Part shown: piece after piece, positions 63,962-64,000 of the stretch | Position numbering within the stretch: the stretch's first letter is position 1 | Layout of the letters: each line of letters starts with the position of its first letter | NCBI GenBank assembly: GCA_017454675.1 | Contig: JAFTCN010000037.1 | Location: 27,573 to 91,572 of the forward strand | Source of the DNA: Clostridia bacterium | GTDB lineage: Bacteria > Bacillota > Clostridia > Oscillospirales > CAG-272 | Length of the DNA: 64,000 bases | Direction of reading: 5' to 3' | Made by a program: the position numbers and the translations under genes | The notes under the pieces: model-generated | Databases searched by the model: none | Told to the model about the DNA's origin: nothing | The model's input: the letters and a program-made list of their open reading frames with translations, nothing else

Positions 63962-64000
63962 GATATATGCCTTCGCGGCACCCGCCCGCGCCTCACGGCA

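Noticed and set aside
1-64000. Mobile elements, prophage, integrative islands, CRISPR-Cas, restriction-modification, toxin-antitoxin or other known defence systems.
   Set aside because: I recognised no transposase, integrase, recombinase, phage structural, Cas, methyltransferase, helicase-nuclease or TA-like proteins in any frame. The only insertion-like signal is the 22-bp direct repeat reported separately.

Overview
High-GC (about 60%+) chromosomal segment that looks like a Clostridia (Oscillospiraceae/Ruminococcaceae-like) genome. This is inferred from gene content, extended -10 promoters, GGAGG ribosome-binding sites and heavy TGA stop usage. I call about 58 protein genes, 2 single-gene tRNA units (Arg-ACG, Thr-GGT), 1 guanine-type purine riboswitch at the right edge, and many near-consensus sigma-A promoters and hairpin terminators. 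I see no transposase, integrase, phage, CRISPR or recognisable defence genes. Housekeeping genes: xpt, cysS, fba, dus, thyA-folA, metNIQ, nrdR and GTP-dependent PEPCK. The rest is dominated by cell-envelope and carbohydrate functions: a Wzz/BY-kinase/PHP-phosphatase module, GtrA, GH2, SGNH and EEP enzymes, a DHHW protein and several lipoproteins. Most interesting items: (1) an MBOAT-centred operon (28.6-36.8 kb, minus strand). It carries two paralogous DltD-like domains fused in opposite order to leucine-rich repeats, a tiny membrane protein and an orphan solute-binding lipoprotein. Its large surface-protein gene is split by a single in-frame TAG inside a repeat module. (2) A DUF5685-like / J-domain 'cysteine-string' / membrane-anchored C11 clostripain-like peptidase triad (24.3-28.5 kb). 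(3) One N-terminal module shared by three lipoproteins that have different C-terminal domains. (4) A 22-bp exact direct repeat bracketing an AT-richer lipoprotein gene next to pck. (5) A PadR-DUF1700-DUF4097 triad with an operator-like palindrome over its -10 box. The many long ORFs antisense to these genes are treated as high-GC artefacts. All functional names come from motif recognition by eye, not from database searches.
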